From the NCBI GenBank assembly GCA_001793095.1, contig MGHG01000009.1:221849-285848 (forward strand): 64,000 bases of DNA. Direction: 5' to 3'. This document shows, one piece after another, positions 1 to 8,954 of this stretch. The notes below the pieces were generated by a model, which made no database searches, was not told the origin of the DNA, and saw only the letters and a program-made list of their open reading frames with translations. The stretch's first letter is position 1, and each line of letters begins with the position of its first letter. The DNA is from Candidatus Woesebacteria bacterium RIFCSPLOWO2_01_FULL_39_23. GTDB taxonomy: Bacteria > Patescibacteriota > Microgenomatia > UBA8517. The translations under genes and the position numbers were made by a program.

Positions 1-522
1 GATATCGGCATAAGGCGCTATCGCGTCGATTAAAATATCGCCAGCATCAAGGCCTTCCTTAGCAGCAATTAATGCGTGCTGACCGTCGCTATAATATGAT
101 CCGATAAAGGGGATTATTCTCACCGGGATCAGTAGTTTATATGACCCGTCCAACTCTTTTAAGGAAAGTTTTGTTTTCGTTAAACTTTCCTTGATTTTAC
201 CTAAATCCTGAGATTTTGCTGATTCTTTAAGAGAAACCGCGGAAGCCTTGAAAGCCATAGCCTTTTTGTAAACAACAAAGCTCAGAATGCTAACTATCGA
301 TGCAAAAATAACCAGAACGGCTAGAACCATGAGAATGATTTTCGGATGCTTTTTAAAGGCAAATTTAAATTTTTTAGTTGATTTTTTACTTCCCTTCTGC
401 ATATTTATTTTCGGAATCAATACCGGCTCCTCTTTAGCATCGTCGGATTCGTACACTTTTACGTGGTATCTGTTAGAGGTATTTGTATCATCACCAAATT
501 TGATTTGCGGTATATTTTCCAT
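1..522 (-). CDS. Hypothetical membrane-anchored protein, N-terminal part only; the gene runs off the left edge of the window
   Basis: The reverse-complement ATG at 522-520 opens an uninterrupted frame to position 1, reading MENIPQIKFGDD...KKHPKIILMVLAVLVIFASIVSILSFVVYKKA...LIPVRIIPFIGSYYSDGQHALIAAKEGLDAGD. It has one predicted TM helix after a basic stretch. No family was recognised with confidence. Confidence 0.4.
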   Translation of the reverse strand, partial: MENIPQIKFGDDTNTSNRYHVKVYESDDAKEEPVLIPKINMQKGSKKSTKKFKFAFKKHPKIILMVLAVLVIFASIVSILSFVVYKKAMAFKASAVSLKESAKSQDLGKIKESLTKTKLSLKELDGSYKLLIPVRIIPFIGSYYSDGQHALIAAKEGLDAGDILIDAIAPYADI

Positions 523-659
523 AAATGGTTAACTATTTCATTCAACCTGGAGTTAGCCTATATAACGAGGCTTGAGCCGAGTTTTGAAATACGTTTACAC
601 TTTAACATCATACAATATATAACCATTTTTCAAAAGTTTACATAAAGACTGAAGCTTGA

Positions 660-1313
660 TTACACCGCTCCCTTTCCTGAGATCATTGCCCAAGGCGTTT
701 TTAGGAGAATCAGTATATCAAAAATAATTGACCTTTTTCTCGCATAATAGGCATCCATTTCGATCCGCTTATCAAAGTTCACGTCGCTTCTTCCTGTAAC
801 TTGCCAGTACCCCGTAATACCCGGCTTTACGGACAATACATCTTTAAAGTGTTTTTCAGTTCCGGGAAACCTTTTTTGTTGTTCTCTCAGTTCATCTGGA
901 AGATATGCTCTCGGCCCCACAATACTCATCTCACCTTTAATTACATTAAAAAGCTGTGGCATCTCATCGATCGAATGCTTCCGAATAAATCTTCCCACCT
1001 TTGTAACTCGAGGGTCGTTCATAACCTTATAATTTCCCTTGGTTCGTTTTTCGATATAAACGCTCTTAAACCTTGGGTCAGTTTTTTCTAAAACATCAGC
1101 TTTCACCATCATCGAGCGAAATTTATATAACCTAAATATCTTGCCGTTTTTACCTAAACGCCTCATGTGCGAATTAGTCTTTTCCACAAAAATCGGCCCC
1201 GGAGAAGTTACAAGAATTACAACGGATGTAAGTAACATTACCGGAGAAAAAAGAATAATTAGAAATATTGAACCGATAACATCAATAGTTCGTTTAATAA
1301 ACTCGTAATACAT
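660..1313 (-). CDS. Polyprenyl-phosphate sugar phosphotransferase (small monotopic PGT, PglC / WbaP C-terminal-like); initiating enzyme
   Basis: 217 aa with a single N-terminal TM helix followed by a Bac_transf-type core (KFRSM...DE..QL.NV.KGEMS.VGPR). This is characteristic of bacterial sugar transferases, PF02397. Confidence 0.85.
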   Translation of the reverse strand: MYYEFIKRTIDVIGSIFLIILFSPVMLLTSVVILVTSPGPIFVEKTNSHMRRLGKNGKIFRLYKFRSMMVKADVLEKTDPRFKSVYIEKRTKGNYKVMNDPRVTKVGRFIRKHSIDEMPQLFNVIKGEMSIVGPRAYLPDELREQQKRFPGTEKHFKDVLSVKPGITGYWQVTGRSDVNFDKRIEMDAYYARKRSIIFDILILLKTPWAMISGKGAV

Positions 1314-1338
1314 ATCGGGCAGGCAATTATATCACGAT

Positions 1339-2424
1339 CTAATCTACAAACTCAGGGTTTTCCTCTTCAAGAATTTTAAATAGATCTTTCACTTTAGCTG
1401 TGTCGGACATATCACACACCAAAAGTGCTCCATGAGTATCAACGACAACTATATTTCTTAATCCCACCAGTGAAATCATTTTCTCACCCTCGCCAATTAT
1501 AAGATTCCCTGATGATTCAATAAATTTAGTCTTAATTTCTCCTTCTATTACATTCTCCTCATTTGGTTCAATCATTGCTTTATAGAAAAGCTCCCATGTC
1601 CCCGCGTCCTCCCACTCCGTTTCTGTAGCTATAGTTAATCTCAAATCAGTGGGCATTTTTTCAAACAAACCATAATCAACCGAAACCTTCTCAAATTTCG
1701 AGTATTCTGTTTTAAGAACATCCTCATATTTTTCAGTTCCCCAGGCATCCATTATCTTGACAAGCCCTTCATAAACGGCCGGAGCATATTCTTTATAGTA
1801 TGTAAGCATAAGATCAGACCTCCACGACGCATAACCAGTATGAATTAAATATTTTCCCGCCGCGAAGAGTTCCTTAGCCGTTTTCTCGTCAGGCTTCTCG
1901 ATATGTCTTACAATTTTATATACCGGATAGTCTCCTTCCTCGCCAACTTTATCACCAAATTCTATCCAACCATTATGTATAGAAGCGTAAGTAGGTTTTT
2001 CATTCAACGAAACAGATACTCCAGTTCTTTTTGTATACTCACACGCCGCATTAATAGCTTTAGTAAACTCATCAACCCTACCAATAAAATGGTCCGCCCA
2101 AGAAAAGAACATTACCTCTGAGGGGAATCTCTTCTCAACTATTGCCGCAACTAAGCCTATCGCACCAAGATTATCTCTTCTTATAGGTTCCAAAATTATA
2201 TTTTCAAGTGGAATTTCAGGAGTTTGATCTATTATAAATTGCTTATAACGTGCTTCCGTCGATATTAATATGTCACTTGCACTAAAGGTCGTAGTGTATC
2301 TCTCAAAAGTTCTTCTATAAAAAGAGCGCCCTTTTACAATATTCCTGAACTGTTTAGGATAACTCTTTGTACTTGTCGGCCACATTCTTGTTCCGTAGCC
2401 ACCGCAAAAAATAATAATTTTCAT
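1339..2424 (-). CDS. Mannose-1-phosphate guanylyltransferase-like sugar nucleotidyltransferase
   Basis: N-terminal IIFCGGYGTRMWP nucleotidyltransferase motif. Length of about 360 aa and overall layout are like ManC/GDP-mannose pyrophosphorylase without the PMI domain. It sits in the same locus as gmd/fcl. Confidence 0.7.
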   Translation of the reverse strand: MKIIIFCGGYGTRMWPTSTKSYPKQFRNIVKGRSFYRRTFERYTTTFSASDILISTEARYKQFIIDQTPEIPLENIILEPIRRDNLGAIGLVAAIVEKRFPSEVMFFSWADHFIGRVDEFTKAINAACEYTKRTGVSVSLNEKPTYASIHNGWIEFGDKVGEEGDYPVYKIVRHIEKPDEKTAKELFAAGKYLIHTGYASWRSDLMLTYYKEYAPAVYEGLVKIMDAWGTEKYEDVLKTEYSKFEKVSVDYGLFEKMPTDLRLTIATETEWEDAGTWELFYKAMIEPNEENVIEGEIKTKFIESSGNLIIGEGEKMISLVGLRNIVVVDTHGALLVCDMSDTAKVKDLFKILEEENPEFVD

Positions 2425-2438
2425 TAGTAATATCTATA

Positions 2439-3560
2439 TTAAACTTTTATATTTATTAAGTCTACAAATTCTTTCTTAAAACGTCGTGTTGAAAATTTTT
2501 CAGCATTTTTAATTAATTTATCTCTATCAAATATCATTAAATTGAACGTGTTTACTGCATTACATAACGAATTCTTAGACTGCGTATCAAATAAAACTCC
2601 TGTTTCACTATTAATTACAGTGTCTGACGCGCCACCCTTCGCGTAAGCAATTACCGGACAACCTGCCGCTTGTGCTTCCACAGCCACTATCCCAAAGTCT
2701 TCTTCCTGGGGCATTATTAACGCCCTTGCCCCCCAATAAAGGGAAACTAACTCTTCATCGTCAACAAATCCCTTAAATATAATGTTCTTAAACTTATACT
2801 TAAACTTATACTTTTTCTCCTCACTACCCGTTCCGACAACTACAAGTGGCAAACCAAGCTCATTAAAAGCTTCAATTGCCAAATCCACTTTTTTGTACGG
2901 AACTAATCTCGAAACAATTAAGAAGTATCGTCTCTGCTTCACTACATCACTACGTAGTGATGTAGTATCAACAGATTTCCTTTGAAATTTCTCAATATCA
3001 ACGGGTGGATATATTATCTCTGAACCTCGGTTGTAATATTTTTTGATGCGATCCTGAACAGCAGTCGATATTGCTATCACCACATCTGGTCTTTGGGCGG
3101 CAATTTTATCCCACGATCTTAAATAAGTAACTACTGGTTTTGTTATCCCTTTCCAGCCAAAGGCTGGTCCGCCTCTGGCGGAAAAATAAGTGTCAAAGTG
3201 GCTCCACAAATATCGTGTGGGAGTTAAACAGTAACAAACGTGTAATGTTCCAGGTTTCGTAATTACTCCTTTTGCCGCTTCACTCGTGACAGATATGACA
3301 AGGTCGGACCTTGTCAAGTTAAGACTCTCAAAAGCTATGGGCATAAATGGGGCCAAATACTCATGTTTATCCCTTAAACATGGAATATTCTGCAAAAATG
3401 AAGGGATCACTTCAGGAAACACCTTAGCCCATGTTGCTTTTTCTGGCGAATAAACTGATGTATAAATCGGAGCGTCGGGAAATAATTCATGAAGGGTGAG
3501 AAGAACACGTTCTGCTCCTCCCCACTTGTTTACTCTGTCATAAACTATTGCTGTCTTCAT
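2439..3560 (-). CDS. Glycosyltransferase family 4 (GT-B, retaining)
   Basis: C-terminal E(D)FGIVAVEAQAAGCPVIA motif typical of Glycos_transf_1. It contains a perfect 26-bp palindrome and a 12-bp tandem duplication in-frame. Confidence 0.8.
   Translation of the reverse strand: MKTAIVYDRVNKWGGAERVLLTLHELFPDAPIYTSVYSPEKATWAKVFPEVIPSFLQNIPCLRDKHEYLAPFMPIAFESLNLTRSDLVISVTSEAAKGVITKPGTLHVCYCLTPTRYLWSHFDTYFSARGGPAFGWKGITKPVVTYLRSWDKIAAQRPDVVIAISTAVQDRIKKYYNRGSEIIYPPVDIEKFQRKSVDTTSLRSDVVKQRRYFLIVSRLVPYKKVDLAIEAFNELGLPLVVVGTGSEEKKYKFKYKFKNIIFKGFVDDEELVSLYWGARALIMPQEEDFGIVAVEAQAAGCPVIAYAKGGASDTVINSETGVLFDTQSKNSLCNAVNTFNLMIFDRDKLIKNAEKFSTRRFKKEFVDLINIKV
2787..2810. repeat. 12-bp in-frame tandem duplication (CTTAAACTTATA x2)
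   Basis: Seen directly in the sequence. It encodes KYKFKYKF in the GT4 protein and is followed by a partial third unit (CTT). Confidence 0.5.
2941..2966. repeat. Perfect 26-bp palindrome inside the GT4 coding sequence
   Basis: ACTACATCACTACGTAGTGATGTAGT is its own reverse complement. It encodes TTSLRSDVV on the minus strand and is related to the intergenic palindrome at 5362-5395. Confidence 0.6.
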
Positions 3561-4114
3561 TTAAAAATATCCGGAGCTTTTAATTGGGCAAGTTTTAATA
3601 TCGCAACTGCATCAGTCGCTTTAAATTCCCCTTTTAAAATCAGATCATCTATTTCCTTCGCGGGGATTAATTTGACTTCTATCTCTTCAGTCGCGTCGAG
3701 TTTTTGCATTTTCCTATGATCAACATCCCTCACTAAGAATCCATATGTTTTTTGAGTATCTTTTGAAGGCTCGGCAAACATATAACCCAAAGGTTCGACA
3801 TTTTTTGCAATATATCCCGTTTCCTCTTCTAACTCTGTAACTGCTTCTTCTTCGGGGGTATTTCCATGTTTTATTCTGCCCGCAGGAAGTTCTAACAAAA
3901 CTTCACTTGCTCCGTGTTTATACTGCCTTACAAAAACAACTTCATAGTTTTTGGTCACGGCAACAATCATGGAAACGTCTCCTACCTTAGATAAATAATA
4001 ATCGTCAATTATTTTTCCACTAGATAACTTAACTGTATGTTTATATAACGGAAACCATCGACTGGGCGAAACATCTTCTTCTTTCAAAAGCCGCCATTTT
4101 TTAATTTTATTCAT
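3557..4114 (-). CDS. NUDIX hydrolase (nucleotide-sugar / ADP-ribose pyrophosphatase-like)
   Basis: Nudix box GRIKHGNTPEEEAVTELEEETGY, matching the Gx5Ex7REUxEExGU pattern. Its stop overlaps the downstream GT4 start. Confidence 0.75.
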   Translation of the reverse strand: MNKIKKWRLLKEEDVSPSRWFPLYKHTVKLSSGKIIDDYYLSKVGDVSMIVAVTKNYEVVFVRQYKHGASEVLLELPAGRIKHGNTPEEEAVTELEEETGYIAKNVEPLGYMFAEPSKDTQKTYGFLVRDVDHRKMQKLDATEEIEVKLIPAKEIDDLILKGEFKATDAVAILKLAQLKAPDIFK

Positions 4115-4209
4115 ACTTAAATAATAAGAGTGTCATTAAAAATTCCGCGATTAGAATAAATTCCGCATTCAAGTCTTGGTTTATTTTTATAAAATCTCAT
4201 TTTTTCAAA

Positions 4210-5346
4210 TCATTCTAAGGCTGAGTGATAGACGGATAAAGTTTCTTCAGCCATTTTTGTCCAGGAATATTTATCTATAAATTTTTGTGCACTATTAATA
4301 TATTTCCTTTTATCTAACTCGCTCATATTTAGTACACTAAACATTGTACTCGAAACGGAATTTACGTCCATTGGATTAAAGTAAAAAGCATATCTTCCGT
4401 AAATTTCTTTAAATGTTTCAATATTAGAACATAAAAGTGTTGAGCCGGAGGCAATAGCCTCTAACCCCTGAAGACCAAAACCCTCCGAAAGCGAAGGGTA
4501 AACGAAACCTAAAGCATACCTATACAATATTCTTAAATCCTCATCTTTAACAAATCCTAATAGCTTGATGTAGTCTTTTACTCTGATCGAATTGATTAAT
4601 TTTACGAGTCGTCCCATAAATTCGTCTTGGGCACCTGCAATAACAAAAAGTGCTTCGCGTTCTTTACTCTCATTCAGGTTTTTTATAGCCTTGATTACGA
4701 TATCGACATTTTTATGTGGATAAACTTTTCCTACGTAAAAAAAATAGTTTTTATTGACCAGACCATACTTGGCAAGTGTTTCCAGTTCACCCAAATTACC
4801 GCTGGCAAGATACTTATCCTTATCAATTCCTTCGTTAATAACCGAAATTTTACTTCTATCGGTACCATAATAGCTAGTGATACTTTTCGACACAAACATA
4901 CTCGGAACAATTATTCTCACTGCCCCGTTAATAGCCTTTTCAGCTATATACAAAAAGGGTCCTCTTTTTAAATAATAAACTGGAAGCGGCAACTTGGATG
5001 CATTTCTTCCTTGTTTCTGCATAGTTAAATCATGGCAAGTTAATATATATTTTCCTTTATAAAAAATAGGCACGTTAAGATGGGGAAAATGTACTAAATC
5101 CGCCTTTTCCTTATTTATAATAAATGGCAGCTTGACTTGTTCTTCTAAAGTATAGTGTCCAATATCGACCTGTATTTTTTTCCAGTTACTTTCTAATTTT
5201 AAATCACGATAATAATCTCTTCTTAATAGTACTGTAAACTGCTGATCAGTTTTTATTCGATTAAGCTCTTTTATAAGATTAATTAAATATCTACCGATTC
5301 CGGTATTTTCTAATCCGTACAACCGTGCATCAATCAATATTTTCAT
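4210..5346 (-). CDS. Glycosyltransferase family 4
   Basis: EGFGLQGLEAIASGSTLLCSN motif with a GT-B architecture. Confidence 0.8.
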   Translation of the reverse strand: MKILIDARLYGLENTGIGRYLINLIKELNRIKTDQQFTVLLRRDYYRDLKLESNWKKIQVDIGHYTLEEQVKLPFIINKEKADLVHFPHLNVPIFYKGKYILTCHDLTMQKQGRNASKLPLPVYYLKRGPFLYIAEKAINGAVRIIVPSMFVSKSITSYYGTDRSKISVINEGIDKDKYLASGNLGELETLAKYGLVNKNYFFYVGKVYPHKNVDIVIKAIKNLNESKEREALFVIAGAQDEFMGRLVKLINSIRVKDYIKLLGFVKDEDLRILYRYALGFVYPSLSEGFGLQGLEAIASGSTLLCSNIETFKEIYGRYAFYFNPMDVNSVSSTMFSVLNMSELDKRKYINSAQKFIDKYSWTKMAEETLSVYHSALE

Positions 5347-5361
5347 TTATTTAGTCGAAAA

Positions 5362-5395
5362 TTTTACTACAGCACTACGTAGTAGTGTAGTAAAA
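5362..5395. repeat. Imperfect 34-nt palindrome in the 64-nt intergenic gap between a GT2 and a GT4 gene
   Basis: TTTTACTACAGCACTACGTAGTAGTGTAGTAAAA. Its core ACTACAGCACTACGTAGTAGTGTAGT matches the 2941-2966 palindrome at 23 of 26 positions. Confidence 0.55.
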
Positions 5396-5410
5396 GTCAA
5401 TCATTTTGAA

Positions 5411-6322
5411 CTAGCCGAGCAATAAAGTCCGCATAAATCTTAATACTTTTATTAAATTAATTCCCGAGAGAACAAACACATTAAATAAAAATGGGTATTT
5501 ATTCCAAAGGTGTTTTCTGTAAAATAACTCCATTGAATTTACACCTGCCATTCTATATTTTAGCCTAACCGACAAAGGCATCTCCTTTCTACTTCTGCTT
5601 TCGACTTTACCTTTTGATAGTCCTTTAAAATGCGTTATTGAAACCTTCGGATAATACATAATTTTCCACCCTTTTCCTTTTATTCTCCAACACAAATCCA
5701 AATCTTCACCATCCAGGAAGAAAGCTTCATCAAACCACCCCACCGAATCAAGAATAACTTTCCTTGTGAGAAAAAAAGCTCCCTGTAAAGCGTCTACTTC
5801 ATGAATTAAATCCGGCGAAAGATAACCATACCAATATTTAGCAAACAATTTAGATTTGGGAAAAATTCTATCAAGCTTTAAATAAATATGTATTAAAGCC
5901 ACCCAAGGCGTAATAAAAGATCTCCTTGCGTCTTTATCCAATTCTCCGTTTGGAAGCAGAAGCTTGCATGTAAGTGCTCCCACGCTCTTATTGCTTTCCA
6001 TATATTTAACCGTTTCTTTAAGGGTATTTTTATGAATCAGTGTGTCTGGATTTAGAAATAAAACATATTTGCCTTTAATAAATGGTTTTGCGTAGTTATT
6101 CCCGGCTGCGAATCCTAGATTTTTTCCAATTTTGATAACTTTTGTTACCCAGGGAAATTCTAACTCTACCATTTCAGGAGATCCGTCACCTGAACCGTTG
6201 TCGGGGATTATGACTTCAAAACCAACCTCATTTTTTACTTCATTCAAAGACCGCAGACAATTTCGAAGCACTTCTTTAGTGTTATAGCTTAAAATTACAA
6301 CCGATAGCGTTATTTTTTTCAT
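5411..6322 (-). CDS. Glycosyltransferase family 2
   Basis: N-terminal VVILSYNTKEVL...IIPDNGSGDGS and a later DxD-like region. These are typical of Glycos_transf_2. Confidence 0.8.
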   Translation of the reverse strand: MKKITLSVVILSYNTKEVLRNCLRSLNEVKNEVGFEVIIPDNGSGDGSPEMVELEFPWVTKVIKIGKNLGFAAGNNYAKPFIKGKYVLFLNPDTLIHKNTLKETVKYMESNKSVGALTCKLLLPNGELDKDARRSFITPWVALIHIYLKLDRIFPKSKLFAKYWYGYLSPDLIHEVDALQGAFFLTRKVILDSVGWFDEAFFLDGEDLDLCWRIKGKGWKIMYYPKVSITHFKGLSKGKVESRSRKEMPLSVRLKYRMAGVNSMELFYRKHLWNKYPFLFNVFVLSGINLIKVLRFMRTLLLG

Positions 6323-7515
6323 TTATGGTTAACTAGCTCCTTATAAATCGGGTCATGAAGTTTACCGATAGATTCCCAGTCAAAATATTTCCTGACATGT
6401 TCCCTGCCGCTCGCACCAATTTTTTCAGCAAACTCAGGATTCTTTAATAACTTAATAGCTTTTTCGGCCATGTCGTCGTTTGTATCAGCAATAAAAACAT
6501 TCTTACCATCTCTTAATTTTAACCCTGCGACACCCACAGACGTTGAAACGACAGGCAACCCGGCCGCCATAGCCTCGAGGATTTTTAATCGGGTTCCTCC
6601 GGAACCTTTTATCGGTGCAACCATTATCGTTGCGCCTCCATACGCATCTCTGGCGTATGGTATATTTTCTGTTATCTCCAAATTTCCTTTTCCTGCCAAT
6701 GTTTTAATAGATTCCGGAATCTTTCTTCCGACTATCCAAATAACCGAATTTGGAAATTCTTTTTTTATTTTAGGCCAAACGTCGTTTATCAATATCTCTG
6801 TCGCTTCCTGGTTTTGCATCCATTCATAGTTCGTTACACCATAGAGAATCCGGGGAGGGTATTTCTTAGCAATTTTCTTTTCACCGTAGAATTTCGTATC
6901 GACACCATTCGGGATTATACCGACTTCCTTTCTCGGAACAATTTTTAGCATTTCAACTCTGTCTTCTTCAGACACGCCGAACAATTTGTCTGCCTTTCCC
7001 CAATAATATTTTTCCCAGTATTTTATTTTTAGGACATCATAAAGGTAAAAGGCTCGTAATATCAAAGGAACTTTACTTGTTACATAGTGCCGATAGACGT
7101 TGTGCCAAATCGTCTGTTCGACTAAAATTGTCGGGACGTTTGTCCTGCCTAAATGCGGCATTACATAAAAAGTTTCAGCGTGAATTAAATCATATTTCTC
7201 CTTTTTCAGCTCATCCTGAATTGCCTTTTTTTCATCAACAGACTGATTCCTGATAACTAAAAGGGGGAAAGGGCCAAAAACCCATAAAATTAAATTCCTC
7301 AACATCCACGGCTTCTTCGGTCGGGTAAAAACCCTGACTTTTTTGCAGTATTTTTTAAGTTCAGGAATGAGATCGCGTTCGGAGTCATCCTTAATTAATG
7401 AAAATAATGTAATTTCGTGCTCTCTGGCTAAATATTTTATTATGTTGTACCACCGGGTTTGGCCACCACTCATGGTAATTGTGGGAAGATAAGGCAAGAG
7501 CATGAGTATTTTCAT
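6319..7515 (-). CDS. Glycosyltransferase family 4
   Basis: GGTRLKILEAMAAGLPVVSTSVG motif near the C-terminus. Confidence 0.8.
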   Translation of the reverse strand: MKILMLLPYLPTITMSGGQTRWYNIIKYLAREHEITLFSLIKDDSERDLIPELKKYCKKVRVFTRPKKPWMLRNLILWVFGPFPLLVIRNQSVDEKKAIQDELKKEKYDLIHAETFYVMPHLGRTNVPTILVEQTIWHNVYRHYVTSKVPLILRAFYLYDVLKIKYWEKYYWGKADKLFGVSEEDRVEMLKIVPRKEVGIIPNGVDTKFYGEKKIAKKYPPRILYGVTNYEWMQNQEATEILINDVWPKIKKEFPNSVIWIVGRKIPESIKTLAGKGNLEITENIPYARDAYGGATIMVAPIKGSGGTRLKILEAMAAGLPVVSTSVGVAGLKLRDGKNVFIADTNDDMAEKAIKLLKNPEFAEKIGASGREHVRKYFDWESIGKLHDPIYKELVNHK

Positions 7516-8954
7516 ATTAACTTAAGAATTACATACTTATCCGTTTTTACAACAATTTGAAATTGCTCCATAAATTTTTTAGTCTGTTCGTCATAATTAA
7601 CCGATACGTAATACTGAGCTCCTTCGTCAATAAGTTCGTTTATCGGCAGTTCAACGACCGGCCATCCCCGCCTTTTAGTTTGGTACAAAAAGGCCGTATC
7701 GCCGTTATAATTTGCGATTACAATAGCGTCCTTCGGTGTTAACCTATCGACAGCATTTCCTGCTTCGATAATTTCGGGATGGTTAATTTTGTAAAATTCT
7801 CGTATCTGAAAAGCACTCGTTATCATAGATAAAAATACAAAAAACAAGATTGATAACTTGCGAACAATGTTATTGCCATAATCTAATTTCCACATTTCCA
7901 ATAACCCTTTTGCTAAAACGAGTGATACAACCGGGATAAGCAATGTTTGATAATAGTCATGCCTTACATTTGCTGTAGCAATAATAGAGACATATAAAAA
8001 CATACCAAGAAGCAAAGAGATCAAGAAATTATCTTTCTTCCTTAAGCTTAAAATGCCAAAGGTAAAAGGAATAACTCCCCATACTCCTAAAATTAAAAAT
8101 CCCAACCTGTCACCGAAAATCCATTTCCAAAAGGCAGGTTTGAATCTAATTCCGTCGCCGTTAAATGTCCAAGTCCAAAACGGTATACCTTCCGGGAATT
8201 TCTGCTCCCATACTCTCCATAGCATAAACGGAAGAACGACAATAATTATAGATATCAAGACATGTTTATTAATTAATGACCTTTTAAGTCCGTATTTATT
8301 AAAAAAATAATAGGCTAGTGGTAACCCGAAAAAAACTACATAAGGCTTAACCAAAATACCCAAAGACAACAATATCGAAGAAAGTAGAAGATATTTGTAT
8401 TTTTGATCGTCTTGGTATAACAGAAAAAACCAGAGTGCTGTAACTGCAAATAATATGGCTAAGGGTTCCGGTAGAATAACTCTGGTAAAATATATGTTAT
8501 AAGGCAGTAGTAAATAACATGCAGAACTTATTACACCAAGCCATTTCCCATAAAGCTTTCTACCGATTAAAAATATAACAAAGCTCGTGGTTAGGGTATA
8601 AAAAACGGAAGTTAACCTTCCCCAAACCTCGAAGGATAAAAATGTAAAATTCTTTGCAACAAATGCATGAAGAGCATTATAAATAGGAAATTCTACAAAG
8701 CGATATCCATGGGGATTAAATAAGCCGCTTTGAACCCGGGATATGTCATGATATTTAGGTATAAATAAATTTATGCCATCCACGATATAAATTCGCGAAA
8801 CAGATGCTGTGTCTGCTTGTCTGAAGGAGTGCCAATCGGCAATAGGATTAGTAATTTTATAAAGTCGAGCAGCAAAGCCTATTAAAATAAGTATTGATAA
8901 AATAATGTATTCAATATATTTTGTTTTTAAAATATGAGTAATTCTATTCTTCAT
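7512..8954 (-). CDS. Polytopic membrane protein, GT-C-fold glycosyltransferase-like (divergent ArnT/PMT-like)
   Basis: 480 aa with at least 10 predicted TM helices. An acidic/aromatic first loop (ADWHSFRQADTAS) follows TM1, then a soluble C-terminal domain of about 90 aa. Confidence 0.5.
   Translation of the reverse strand: MKNRITHILKTKYIEYIILSILILIGFAARLYKITNPIADWHSFRQADTASVSRIYIVDGINLFIPKYHDISRVQSGLFNPHGYRFVEFPIYNALHAFVAKNFTFLSFEVWGRLTSVFYTLTTSFVIFLIGRKLYGKWLGVISSACYLLLPYNIYFTRVILPEPLAILFAVTALWFFLLYQDDQKYKYLLLSSILLSLGILVKPYVVFFGLPLAYYFFNKYGLKRSLINKHVLISIIIVVLPFMLWRVWEQKFPEGIPFWTWTFNGDGIRFKPAFWKWIFGDRLGFLILGVWGVIPFTFGILSLRKKDNFLISLLLGMFLYVSIIATANVRHDYYQTLLIPVVSLVLAKGLLEMWKLDYGNNIVRKLSILFFVFLSMITSAFQIREFYKINHPEIIEAGNAVDRLTPKDAIVIANYNGDTAFLYQTKRRGWPVVELPINELIDEGAQYYVSVNYDEQTKKFMEQFQIVVKTDKYVILKLI

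Noticed and set aside
801-1091. Small plus-strand ORFs (96 aa here; similar ones at 1903-2121, 2782-2985, 4627-4971, 6470-6829, 20217-20747, 24421-24933 and elsewhere) lying antisense within long minus-strand genes
   Set aside because: They are entirely nested in the opposite strand of well-supported CDSs, have no recognisable motifs and have low-complexity composition. They are shadow ORFs.
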